A program made the translations under genes and the position numbers. Source: an uncultured Eubacteriales bacterium (GTDB lineage: Bacteria; Bacillota; Clostridia; Oscillospirales; UBA644). Taken from it: a DNA stretch of 64,000 nucleotides. Each line of letters begins with the position of its first letter. Position 1 is the first letter of the stretch. The stretch covers positions 779 through 64,778 of the forward strand of contig CAUHAO010000001.1 of assembly GCA_959604355.1 (NCBI GenBank), written 5' to 3'. Below are positions 27,040 through 35,356 of this stretch, one piece after another. A model generated the notes under the pieces. The model did not search any database. It had not been told where the DNA came from and worked only from the letters and a program-made list of their open reading frames with translations.

Positions 27040-30000
27040 GCAAATTAACTGGACAGAAGGCCAAAGGACCGCGATGACGGACTTTTCGAGCATGATAGTC
27101 AGCGCCGCGGCAGGTTCGGGCAAAACGGAAGTTCTTTCGCGCCGGGTAGTGAATTATATCGTTGCCGGAGGAAGCGCTGAAGACCTGCTTATCGTCACTT
27201 TTACGCGTCTTGCCGCCGCGGAAATGCGCAGCCGTATAGCAAAACATCTCGCGCAGACAGATGATGCCGACGACCATATTCGTCTTGAGAGGCTCATGCT
27301 TTACAAAGCCGATATTTCCACTATCGACAGTTTTTTCGGCGATATAGTGCGCAAAAATTTCAAGCAGGCGGGAGTACAGCCCGATTTCGGTATGCTTTCC
27401 GACGCGGAGGCTGCGCTGATACGCAGAAAAGTGCTCTCGGAAATGCTTGAAAAGCATTACAGTGCCCCCACGGCAGAATTTGAGATGCTTCTTCAGACGC
27501 TCGGCGGCGAAAAGCTTGACGAAGGGCTTTATGATGGCATAGACAGGCTTTATGACAGTGTCATGTCGCTGCCGTTTCCGAAAAAATGGATGTCCGAAAA
27601 ACTGAAAAACTATTCTTCGGCGAGCAGGTGGATCGACGCGATGTGCGAAGATATGCTCAAAGATATTACGGAATGTGTTGACGTGTACGATGAAGTAATA
27701 AGCTCGGGTGCGTTGGAAAACTTTGATTTCGCATACGCGGAATTTGACGCCCTCAAAGCATTGAGGGACGCTCTCGCGGCGCGGGACTGGGACGGGGCGT
27801 GTGCGGCAGCAAGATACAGGTTCGTCAGCTTGCAGGGCAAAGCGAAAAAATTCGACTCTATGAACAAAATGCACGCGCGGTACAGACTTTTTCGCTCGTA
27901 TGCACAGGAATTTTTCAAGCAGGATGAAAAGCTTATTTCGCAGGTTTTCTTAATATCTGAAGAAACCGTTAAGGAAGAACTTGAATTGCTCAGACCTTCG
28001 GCGGAATGTCTTTTCGCGCTGACGGGAGAGTATATTGACGGTGTTTTCGCGGAAATGGGCCGTAAAAACAAATATTCGTTCGACGTCATAAGTCAACTTG
28101 CGCTTGCCCTTGTCGTAAAAGAGGAGTCATATGATTTTGATACGGGCAATTTTGAGGCGACGGACTACACGATGGGGCTGCGCGAAAAATACGCAGAGGT
28201 TCTCGTCGACGAATATCAGGATACAAACGACTTGCAGGACGCGTTTTTCAAAGCGCTCACAAACAATGGCCGCGGTCCGAGATTTTTCGCCGTCGGCGAC
28301 GTAAAGCAGAGCATATACGGATTCCGCAACGCCAATCCGCATAATTTCATGCGCCGTTACAAAGAGGCGCAAAAAAGAGTAGATCTCAGTAAGAATTTTC
28401 GCAGCCGTCGGGGTGTGCTGGATTTTGTCAACTTCGTCTGCGGACAGTTGTTTTCCGAAGACGTGGGCGGCGTGGAATACGATAGAACGCAAGCACTTGA
28501 ATACGGAAATCCTGACTATAAAGAGCGCGTCGAAAATGATGTCGAAGTCAATTTTCTCGCCTATGATCCGTTGGCGACGAGCAACGCCGCGCAGTCTATG
28601 CGTTTCGCAACAATGGCGGCGCGGAGAATAAAAAAGGCTGTCGCGGAAGAGACGGTAACAGAGAAAAAAATAACACGCGCGATGCGTTACGGTGATATCG
28701 CGGTGTTGCTGCCGACGTTTAAGAACATAGGCCCCGTTTATCAGCGTGTTTTTGAAGAAGCGGGCATACCGTATGTGTCCAAGTCCGATTCGTCGTATCT
28801 TACGACGGTAGAAGTCGCGACCGTCATTGCGCTGCTAAAAGTCATCGACGACCCGTATCGAGACGTGCCGCTGTTCGCGGTGATGTATTCTGATTTGTTC
28901 CGTTTTTCCGCGGACGAGCTTGCAGAGATACGTCTTTGCGACAGACGTGTGTCGCTTTATGACGCGGTGAAAAAAGCTGCCGAAAACGGTGACGGAAAGT
29001 GTGCGGAGTTTATAAGCACGCTTGATAAATATCGCCTCATTTCAAACGATTTTCCCGTCCATAAGCTCATATGGAGAATATATACGGACACGTCGTACCC
29101 CGAAGCTGTGGCGTGCACTTATTCGGGGAAAGCGAAACGTGACGCTCTGATGCAGTTCTACACGTTCGCGCGGGACTACGGTCAAAACGGTGACGGTGAC
29201 TTATATCGCTTTATTCAGTATGTTGAAAGTGCAGATAAGACCGCGAAGGCAGATAATTCAATGCCGACAGGCGGCGACTGTGTTAAGATAATGACAGTAC
29301 ATGCATCAAAGGGACTCGAGTTCCCGATGTGTATAGTCTCGTACGCGCCGAGGGAAAACAGCGAAAAAGGCACTGTAATGGGCTTTGACCGTGAGCTCGG
29401 TGTCGCGATGCGCATACGCAACGCCGCGATGACGTTTGAGAAGAAAACGCTCATGAATTATGCCGTTTCCTCTCGTGCGGCAAGAGAGGACGTGTCGGAA
29501 AATCTGCGGCTTTGCTATGTTGCGCTCACGAGGGCGAGAGAGAAGCTCGTGCTGTATTTCGCGCTTAAAAAAGACATTTCACCTAACGATGCCGCGGGCG
29601 AAAAGGGAGATAAAATCTCCCCCCTCCATGTTTCGCAGCTGTCGGGAGCGAGAGATAAATTTTTCGCTGCTCTTGCACGGCATCCCGATTTTGATGTGTC
29701 GAAAGTCGTGCCTTTCGATGTTGAATATCTTCCGTGTGAGTCGCATGCGGATATAAATTGGGCTGTTTCGGCGGAAAAACTGAGCAACACCGCGGAAAAC
29801 AGCACCGCGCAGGAGGAATTCGTGCTTGACACGGCAGAACTCGACCGACGTTTCGCATTCAGATACACGGCATCGCATATTCCCGCGAAAGTGAGCGTCA
29901 CGGAGATAGCCAAAAACAAGCTCTACGACTGCGGGAGCGCTCAGATGGTCGAGCCTGAGTTCTCCGTTGAGAAGCCGATGTTTCTTTCCGACGCCGCCGC

Positions 30001-30514
30001 GGGCACGGCAAGGGGCACGGCGATACACACCTTCCTCGCATGCGCGGATCTCGAAAAAGATATCACGGCGCAGGCTAAAGCGCTGCTCGACGGCGGAAGA
30101 ATATCCGAGCAGGGGTATGAGGCAATTATTGCACAGAGGGAAGCGTTCGACATGTTCAAGAGGTCCGAACTGTATGCGCTTATAAAGAGCGCCGACGACG
30201 TAAGACGTGAGGAAAATTTCGTAGTGCGTATACCGGCGTCGAAGCTTTCCCCCGATGCCGAAGGCACGGTGCTGATGCAGGGCGCGATAGACCTGATGTG
30301 CGAATATGCCGACGGATTCGTTGTCGTTGACTACAAGACGGACCGAGCAGATTCGGCGACGATCTCGGCAAGATATACCGAGCAGCTGAAATATTACGCA
30401 TACGCGGTGCAAAAGTGTTACGGAAAGCCCGTGAAACGACTCTGTATATGGTCTTTTCATCTCGGATACGCGATAGATATCCCGACGGATGATATCCCGG
30501 CGGACGCGGAATGA
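27032..30514 (+). CDS. addA: ATP-dependent helicase/nuclease subunit AddA
   Basis: UvrD/Rep helicase motifs AAAGSGKT and VDEYQDTN. The C-terminal nuclease motif is GAIDLM...VVVDYKTD. ATG 27032 overlaps the addB stop (ATGCCTGA). The track ORF start 26933 lies inside addB. Confidence 0.95.
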   Translation: MPEQINWTEGQRTAMTDFSSMIVSAAAGSGKTEVLSRRVVNYIVAGGSAEDLLIVTFTRLAAAEMRSRIAKHLAQTDDADDHIRLERLMLYKADISTIDSFFGDIVRKNFKQAGVQPDFGMLSDAEAALIRRKVLSEMLEKHYSAPTAEFEMLLQTLGGEKLDEGLYDGIDRLYDSVMSLPFPKKWMSEKLKNYSSASRWIDAMCEDMLKDITECVDVYDEVISSGALENFDFAYAEFDALKALRDALAARDWDGACAAARYRFVSLQGKAKKFDSMNKMHARYRLFRSYAQEFFKQDEKLISQVFLISEETVKEELELLRPSAECLFALTGEYIDGVFAEMGRKNKYSFDVISQLALALVVKEESYDFDTGNFEATDYTMGLREKYAEVLVDEYQDTNDLQDAFFKALTNNGRGPRFFAVGDVKQSIYGFRNANPHNFMRRYKEAQKRVDLSKNFRSRRGVLDFVNFVCGQLFSEDVGGVEYDRTQALEYGNPDYKERVENDVEVNFLAYDPLATSNAAQSMRFATMAARRIKKAVAEETVTEKKITRAMRYGDIAVLLPTFKNIGPVYQRVFEEAGIPYVSKSDSSYLTTVEVATVIALLKVIDDPYRDVPLFAVMYSDLFRFSADELAEIRLCDRRVSLYDAVKKAAENGDGKCAEFISTLDKYRLISNDFPVHKLIWRIYTDTSYPEAVACTYSGKAKRDALMQFYTFARDYGQNGDGDLYRFIQYVESADKTAKADNSMPTGGDCVKIMTVHASKGLEFPMCIVSYAPRENSEKGTVMGFDRELGVAMRIRNAAMTFEKKTLMNYAVSSRAAREDVSENLRLCYVALTRAREKLVLYFALKKDISPNDAAGEKGDKISPLHVSQLSGARDKFFAALARHPDFDVSKVVPFDVEYLPCESHADINWAVSAEKLSNTAENSTAQEEFVLDTAELDRRFAFRYTASHIPAKVSVTEIAKNKLYDCGSAQMVEPEFSVEKPMFLSDAAAGTARGTAIHTFLACADLEKDITAQAKALLDGGRISEQGYEAIIAQREAFDMFKRSELYALIKSADDVRREENFVVRIPASKLSPDAEGTVLMQGAIDLMCEYADGFVVVDYKTDRADSATISARYTEQLKYYAYAVQKCYGKPVKRLCIWSFHLGYAIDIPTDDIPADAE

Positions 30515-30531
30515 TATTTTTGCAAAATCGC

Positions 30532-30560
30532 TTGACTTTTCGTGCGTATTGTGGTATCAT
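30532..30560 (+). promoter_or_regulatory. Sigma-A promoter
   Basis: TTGACT (30532-30537), a 17-nt spacer and TATCAT (30555-30560), about 35 nt upstream of ATG 30595. Confidence 0.55.
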
Positions 30561-30594
30561 TATTAAAATGAAAAAATACTGCGGAGGAATAATC

Positions 30595-31374
30595 ATGAGC
30601 AGAAAAATAAAGAATTTCGGCATCCAGCTCTGGACGGTACGCGACCTTATCCATACCGAAGAGGGCATTGATGACACTTTCGGTAAACTCGCCGAGATGG
30701 GATATGAGGAACTTCATACCGTCGGCATCCCCACTACTGCGGAAAGATACTATGAGCTTGCTGCAAAGCACGGTCTTCGCATCTGCGGCACACATTGGAG
30801 CTGGGATGATATGATGAACGACCCCGAGAAGGTCATGGCAGATCACAAGGCGATGCACACCACTAATATCGGTATCGGCGGTATGCCCGGCGACTACGCG
30901 CAAAGCCCGGAGAAACTACGTGAGTTCTGTGAGACAGTGAACAAGTTCGCGGAGAAAGTTAACAAGTACGGCTTCAAATTCACATATCACAACCACGCGT
31001 GGGAATTTGCGAAACTTGAGGGCAAGAGAGTTTATGACTATCTCGTCGAAGGTTTCGACCCCAAGACAACATCATTCTGCTTTGACACATATTGGGCTCA
31101 GGCGGCAGGTTGCGACCCGATTCAATGGATAAGAAAGCTTGAGGGCCGTCTTGATATACTTCATCTTAAAGATATGAAGTTTATGGATGACGACAAAGAA
31201 CAGGGTCCCCGTATATGCGAGATCGGTCAGGGCAACATGAATTTTGACGGTATTGTCGATGCTGCTCTTGACACAGGTGTCAAGAACTTCATCGTTGAGC
31301 AGGACTACTGCCCCGGCGATCCTCTTGCAAGTGCGAAGATAAGCGCTGATTATATCAAAGAGCATTATATGTAA
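30595..31374 (+). CDS. Sugar phosphate isomerase/epimerase (xylose isomerase-like TIM barrel)
   Basis: 259 aa. FGIQLWTVRD at the N-terminus, ...FTYHNHAWEF... and ...ILHLKD...IVEQD are typical metal-ligand strands of this family. GGAGGA RBS. Confidence 0.7.
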   Translation: MSRKIKNFGIQLWTVRDLIHTEEGIDDTFGKLAEMGYEELHTVGIPTTAERYYELAAKHGLRICGTHWSWDDMMNDPEKVMADHKAMHTTNIGIGGMPGDYAQSPEKLREFCETVNKFAEKVNKYGFKFTYHNHAWEFAKLEGKRVYDYLVEGFDPKTTSFCFDTYWAQAAGCDPIQWIRKLEGRLDILHLKDMKFMDDDKEQGPRICEIGQGNMNFDGIVDAALDTGVKNFIVEQDYCPGDPLASAKISADYIKEHYM

Positions 31375-31394
31375 TTCAATAACAGACACGGAAG

Positions 31395-31418
31395 TCCGCG
31401 GCAAGAGCCGCGGATTTT
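31395..31418 (+). terminator. Rho-independent terminator
   Basis: TCCGCGG-CAAGAG-CCGCGGA followed by TTTT. Confidence 0.75.
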
Positions 31419-31438
31419 CGACTTTTTTATGAAAAGAC

Positions 31439-31512
31439 TTTACTTTTGAAGATAAATGTATTATAATCTGCTTGTGATAAAATCTGCTTGTAGTGCAGAA
31501 TTTTGTAGTGCA
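31439..31512 (+). promoter_or_regulatory. Promoter plus repeat-rich leader/operator of the acyl-CoA synthetase gene
   Basis: TTTACT-17-TATAAT (31439-31467). AATCTGCTTGT occurs twice (31465-31475, 31481-31491). TTGTAGTGCA occurs twice (31488-31497, 31503-31512). An inverted repeat TCTGC-N7-GCAGA is also present. Confidence 0.5.
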
Positions 31513-31541
31513 AAAAATCGTAAGAAAGCAGGAAACAAAGA

Positions 31542-33176
31542 ATGCCCATAACGGAAATTCTTGAAAAAAATGTCGCGCTTTACGGCGATGACGTCGCTCT
31601 TGTGGAGATTAATCCCGAGGTGCCCGAAGGAGAGGATAAGACCTGGAGGGAGTACGAACTCGTCGAGGCAAGCCATACCGAAAGATACCGTTCCGAGATA
31701 ACATGGAAAGAGTTCAACGCAAAGTCGAACCGTTTTGCTAACTTGCTGCTCAAACGCGGAGTCGGCAAGGGCGACAAGGTTGCCATTCTTCTGATGAACT
31801 GCATCGAATGGCTGCCGATATATTTCGGAGTGCTCAAAACCGGCGCAATAGTCGTGCCGATGAACTACCGCTATACCGCAGACGAAATAATGTACTGCTC
31901 TCGTCTCGCGGAAGTAAGCGTTCTCGTGTTCGGTCCCGAGTTTATCGGACGTGTAGAGAATCTGTCGGGCACTTTGCCGCTTGTTCATTCGCTTTTCTTT
32001 GTCGGTCATGACTGCCCGTCGTTTGCCGACAGTTATTATAATCTCGTTAAAGACTGCAGCGACGTGTCGCCCGATATAAAGCTTACAGACGACGATGACG
32101 CGGCAATATATTTCTCTTCCGGCACAACGGGCTTCCCGAAAGCGATACTTCATACTCATCGCAGCCTTATGTGCGCGTGCCGAACCGAAAACAACAACCA
32201 TAAACAGACAAAAGAAGATACGTTCCTCTGCATCCCGCCGCTGTATCACACGGGCGCGAAAATGCACTGGTTCGGTTCTTTTCTCGTCGGCGGAAAAGGT
32301 GTATTGCTCAAAGGTGTAAAGCCCCAGTGGATACTCAAAGCCGCTTCGCAGGAAAAGTGCTCCATAGTCTGGCTTCTCGTGCCTTGGGCACAGGATATTC
32401 TCGACGCGATAGACCGCGGTGATATAAATCTGGACGATTACGATCTTTCAAACTGGAGACTCATGCATATCGGTGCGCAGCCTGTACCCCCGAGTCTTAT
32501 AAAGAGGTGGAAGAAGGTCTTCCCTCAGCACGATTATGATACAAACTACGGCCTGAGCGAATCGACCGGCCCGGGATGTGTACATCTGGGCATGGAAAAC
32601 ATACATAAAGTCGGAGCTATCGGTATTCCCGGCGAAGGCTGGCAGGTGAAAATCATCGACGAGCAGGGTAATACCGTCAAGCAGGGCGATGTTGGTGAAC
32701 TTGCCGTCAAAGGCGACGGCGTTATGAAGTGCTATTTCCGTGACCCCGTTGCGACCGCGGCGGTACTTCACGACGGATGGCTTTATACCGGAGATATGGC
32801 GCGTATGGACGAGGACGGATTCATATTCCTCGTTGACCGCAAAAAGGACGTTATAATCACGGGCGGCGAAAACCTTTACCCCGTGCAGATAGAGGATTTT
32901 ATCCGTACAAACGACGCGGTCAAAGATGTGGCGGTCATAGGCATGCCCGACACGCGTCTTGGGGAAATTGCCGTTGCGATAATCGAGCTTAAGTCCGATC
33001 ATGAGTGTACGCAGGAGCAAATGGAGGAGTTTTGCCGTGCTTTGCCGCGCTACAAGCGTCCTCGTAAATACATTTTTGCCGATGTCCCGCGTAATCCTAC
33101 CGGAAAGATAGAGAAGCCGAAGCTGCGTGAAAAATACTGCGGCAAGAGCCTTGTCGAAGCGCAGATAAAAGGCTGA
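31542..33176 (+). CDS. AMP-dependent synthetase/ligase (acyl-CoA synthetase family)
   Basis: AMP-binding signature YFSSGTTGFPKAILHTH, plus YTGDMARMDEDGFIFLVDRKKD and the C-terminal PRNPTGKIEKPKL catalytic Lys region. Confidence 0.88.
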   Translation: MPITEILEKNVALYGDDVALVEINPEVPEGEDKTWREYELVEASHTERYRSEITWKEFNAKSNRFANLLLKRGVGKGDKVAILLMNCIEWLPIYFGVLKTGAIVVPMNYRYTADEIMYCSRLAEVSVLVFGPEFIGRVENLSGTLPLVHSLFFVGHDCPSFADSYYNLVKDCSDVSPDIKLTDDDDAAIYFSSGTTGFPKAILHTHRSLMCACRTENNNHKQTKEDTFLCIPPLYHTGAKMHWFGSFLVGGKGVLLKGVKPQWILKAASQEKCSIVWLLVPWAQDILDAIDRGDINLDDYDLSNWRLMHIGAQPVPPSLIKRWKKVFPQHDYDTNYGLSESTGPGCVHLGMENIHKVGAIGIPGEGWQVKIIDEQGNTVKQGDVGELAVKGDGVMKCYFRDPVATAAVLHDGWLYTGDMARMDEDGFIFLVDRKKDVIITGGENLYPVQIEDFIRTNDAVKDVAVIGMPDTRLGEIAVAIIELKSDHECTQEQMEEFCRALPRYKRPRKYIFADVPRNPTGKIEKPKLREKYCGKSLVEAQIKG

Positions 33177-33279
33177 AAATGAAAAAGTGCCGCGGATTTT
33201 TGCAGAAACAGCGAAAGTTCGCGGTTTTTCAGTATATTATCCCGTTTTGACGGATAAAAATAACCACGGGTGCGATGTT

Positions 33280-33947
33280 ATGAAATCCAACATAGCCGGT
33301 AAGACCTGTACCGCATGCTCGTCCCACGTCGAAAAGGCAGCAAGAAGCGTACAGGGCGTAAGGATACTTCCGCGGACGTTGTCGTTGTGCTGAAAAAACT
33401 CGGATGCGACGTGTGGATGGTGACGGGCGACAATGAGATGCCCGCGCGTGCCGTGGCTCAAAGCGTTGGCATGGATAACGTCATCGCGGGTGTGTTTCCG
33501 TCACAGAAAGATGAAAGAATACCAGCTTTGCGCTCCGACGGACGTTTTACCGTTATGGTCGGTGACGGTGTAAATGATGCGGCTGCGCTCACGAGCGCCG
33601 ATGGCGGACTTGCCATAGGCACGGGAATCGATATAGCGACGGAATCTGCCGACATAGTGTTGATGAAAAAGACTTGCGGGATGTGGTGGATTCAATACCT
33701 CTGAGCCGTGCGACGGTTCGCAGTATAAAGCAGAATCTTTTCTGAGCTATGATGTACAACTCTCTCGGAATACCTATTGCGACGGGAGCGCTCTATCCTA
33801 TATTTTGCGACGAGAGCGCTTTATCCTATATTCGGCATTCGATCGTCAGTTGTCTCCATGTTCGCTGCGGCGACAGGGCTGGGGTCGCTCTGTGTCGCTA
33901 TAAATGCTCTGCGATTAAAGAATTTCAATAAACAAGGAGAAAAAATC
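33280..33947 (+). pseudogene. copA: Decayed copper-translocating P-type ATPase (copA) remnant
   Basis: The N-terminal HMA fragment MKSNIAGKTCTACSSHVEKAARSVQGV is joined at about 33360, out of frame, to the C-terminal HAD region KDTSADVVVVLKKLGCDVWMVTGDN...MVGDGVNDAAAL...ESADIVLMKK. A frameshift follows near 33680 (DLRDVVDSIPLSRATVRSIKQNLF). There is a TGA where the conserved Trp of NLFWA belongs (33743-33745). A 19-nt near-identical direct repeat (33786-33804 / 33814-33832, offset 28 nt) shifts the frame again. Confidence 0.85.
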
Positions 33948-34163
33948 ATGAAAAAAACTCTTCTTATTGACGGAATGATGTGCATGCACTGCGCGGCACA
34001 TATCGAAAAAGCGCTCAAAGCCGTGGAAAGCGTGAGTTCAGTCGTAGTTGACCTTAACAGCAAGACGGCTGTCGTCACCGCCGCTTCCGATGTTTCAGAT
34101 GCGGTTCTCGGGAAGGCGGTCGAGGACGCCGGATACACAGTGACCGACATAAAGGGAGAATGA
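33948..34163 (+). CDS. copZ: Heavy-metal-associated (HMA) copper chaperone CopZ-like
   Basis: 71 aa: MKKTLLIDGMMCMHCAAHIEKALKAVESVSSVVVDL... with an MxCxxC metal site and AAGGAGAA RBS. The track ORF 33777 fuses it to the copA remnant frame. Confidence 0.85.
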   Translation: MKKTLLIDGMMCMHCAAHIEKALKAVESVSSVVVDLNSKTAVVTAASDVSDAVLGKAVEDAGYTVTDIKGE

Positions 34164-34167
34164 TACT

Positions 34168-34809
34168 ATGAAAATTCTTTTTCAGGGCGACAGCATAACT
34201 GATGCAGGAGCCAGTGCAGCTCAGAAAAAAGGCTCATCGCTCGGCAGCGGTTACCCGAAATACGCGGCGGAATATCTGCGTGAAATGTTTTCCGACAAGG
34301 AGTTCGATTTTATCAATCTCGGAATAAGCGGCAACCAGACTAAGGATATCGTCGAGCGTATTCAGACCGATATAATCGACGTAAAGCCCGATCTTACGTC
34401 GATACTCGTCGGGATAAATGACGTGTGGCATCACTTCGGAGATAAGCAATGGATCCCAAACGATGTCTTCGAGGAGCGTTATCGTACTATCCTTGAAGCG
34501 ATAAAGAGCACGGGCTCGCATATAGTCATGATGGAGCCGTATTTTATACCTGTTGACGACGACGAGGAAAGGTTCCGCGTAGATTTGCCAAACAAGGTGA
34601 GTGTGATACGCAAACTCGCCCGTGAATACGCCGAGGTGTATATTCCGCTTGACGGTTATATTGCTGCGGAGTGTGTGCGCCGTGAGCCCAAAGAACTTTC
34701 GGAAGACGGCGTGCATCCGTCCCCGGAGGGCGCGAGATTTATCGGCAGGATATATGCCGATGCTGTCGCTCCGATAATAGAAAAGCATTTTGCAAACGGC
34801 GGCAAGTAA
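34168..34809 (+). CDS. SGNH/GDSL-family hydrolase
   Basis: Block I MKILFQGDSITDAG, block III GINDV and block V EDGVHPS (DxxH). Confidence 0.85.
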   Translation: MKILFQGDSITDAGASAAQKKGSSLGSGYPKYAAEYLREMFSDKEFDFINLGISGNQTKDIVERIQTDIIDVKPDLTSILVGINDVWHHFGDKQWIPNDVFEERYRTILEAIKSTGSHIVMMEPYFIPVDDDEERFRVDLPNKVSVIRKLAREYAEVYIPLDGYIAAECVRREPKELSEDGVHPSPEGARFIGRIYADAVAPIIEKHFANGGK

Positions 34810-34815
34810 GTCCGA

Positions 34816-34839
34816 AGCGTCCCGAAAGGGACGCTTTTT
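34816..34839 (+). terminator. Rho-independent terminator
   Basis: AGCGTCCC-GAAA-GGGACGCT followed by TTTT. Confidence 0.8.
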
Positions 34840-34937
34840 CCGTTGAAGTCGAATGGACAGGAACAAAAGTGGATAATATTTGGGAAAAAAGTCAACAATA
34901 CGTTGATATAGTTAAAAAAAAGTTTGCAACGTCCCTA

Positions 34938-34966
34938 TTGACAAATCAATTCATGTGTGATAAAAT
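34938..34966 (+). promoter_or_regulatory. Sigma-A promoter upstream of tRNA-Leu
   Basis: TTGACA (34938-34943), a 17-nt spacer and TAAAAT (34961-34966). Confidence 0.6.
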
Positions 34967-35066
34967 AGTTAGGCAAGGTGAATTTTGAATTGAGATCCTT
35001 TCGTTTAGGCGGAAAAGGTCACTTGATTGAGGTTCAGATTTCGATTTTTGCAAAAGTACTAAATAT

Positions 35067-35153
35067 GCGGGTATGGCGGAATTGGCAGACGCGCTAGATT
35101 CAGGTTCTAGTGAAAGCAATTTCATGCAGGTTCAAGTCCTGTTACCCGCACCA
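35067..35153 (+). tRNA. tRNA-Leu (anticodon CAG), type II with long variable arm, CCA encoded
   Basis: Hand-folded cloverleaf. The acceptor GCGGGTA pairs with TACCCGC. The D arm is GCG-GAATTGGCAGA-CGC. The anticodon arm is CTAGA-TTCAGGT-TCTAG. The variable arm is TGAAA-GCAA-TTTCA. The T arm is GCAGG-TTCAAGT-CCTGT. Discriminator A and CCA follow. Confidence 0.92.
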
Positions 35154-35157
35154 TCAT

Positions 35158-35207
35158 ACGGACTCAAGCCTTGTGCCATTCGGCATGTGGTTTCAGTCCG
35201 TTTTTTT
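35158..35207 (+). terminator. Terminator after tRNA-Leu
   Basis: ACGGACT...AGTCCGT outer stem with inner TGCC/GGCA pairing, followed by TTTTTTT. Confidence 0.6.
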
Positions 35208-35356
35208 ATACAAAAGCACATTTCTGACTGAAAACAGGGAGATCGGCCGCACAAGAGTAGGGATAAGAGCAAGGACGAAATCATTTCAGGGGGAGAAGCA
35301 GCGCATACGCGGCCGGTCTGACATATTATAAAACAAAAGGGAGATTTGGGTAAACA

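Noticed and set aside
26152-27123. Long antisense ORFs inside addB/addA (26152..27123, 27002..27874, 29579..30460), uvrC (59596..60588, 60703..61383), prs (6938..7855), the acyl-CoA synthetase gene (31461..32267), the frdA-like gene (44822..45706, 45725..46366) and sanA (49235..50080)
   Set aside because: All are embedded opposite genes with clear catalytic motifs. None has recognisable motifs or translation signals.
33777-34163. A single 128-aa protein fusing the CopA C-terminus to CopZ (as the track ORF suggests)
   Set aside because: The upstream part is the frame-shifted tail of the decayed copA and begins at a TTG without an RBS. copZ has its own AAGGAGAA RBS and the canonical MKK start at 33948.
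35208-35356. A sigma-A promoter for the mdh-fumC-hdr-frd operon
   Set aside because: Only a TATTAT/TATAAA-like -10 (around 35326-35335) is present, with no acceptable -35 at 16-18 nt. This is too weak to annotate, and the promoter may depend on an activator or an alternative sigma factor.
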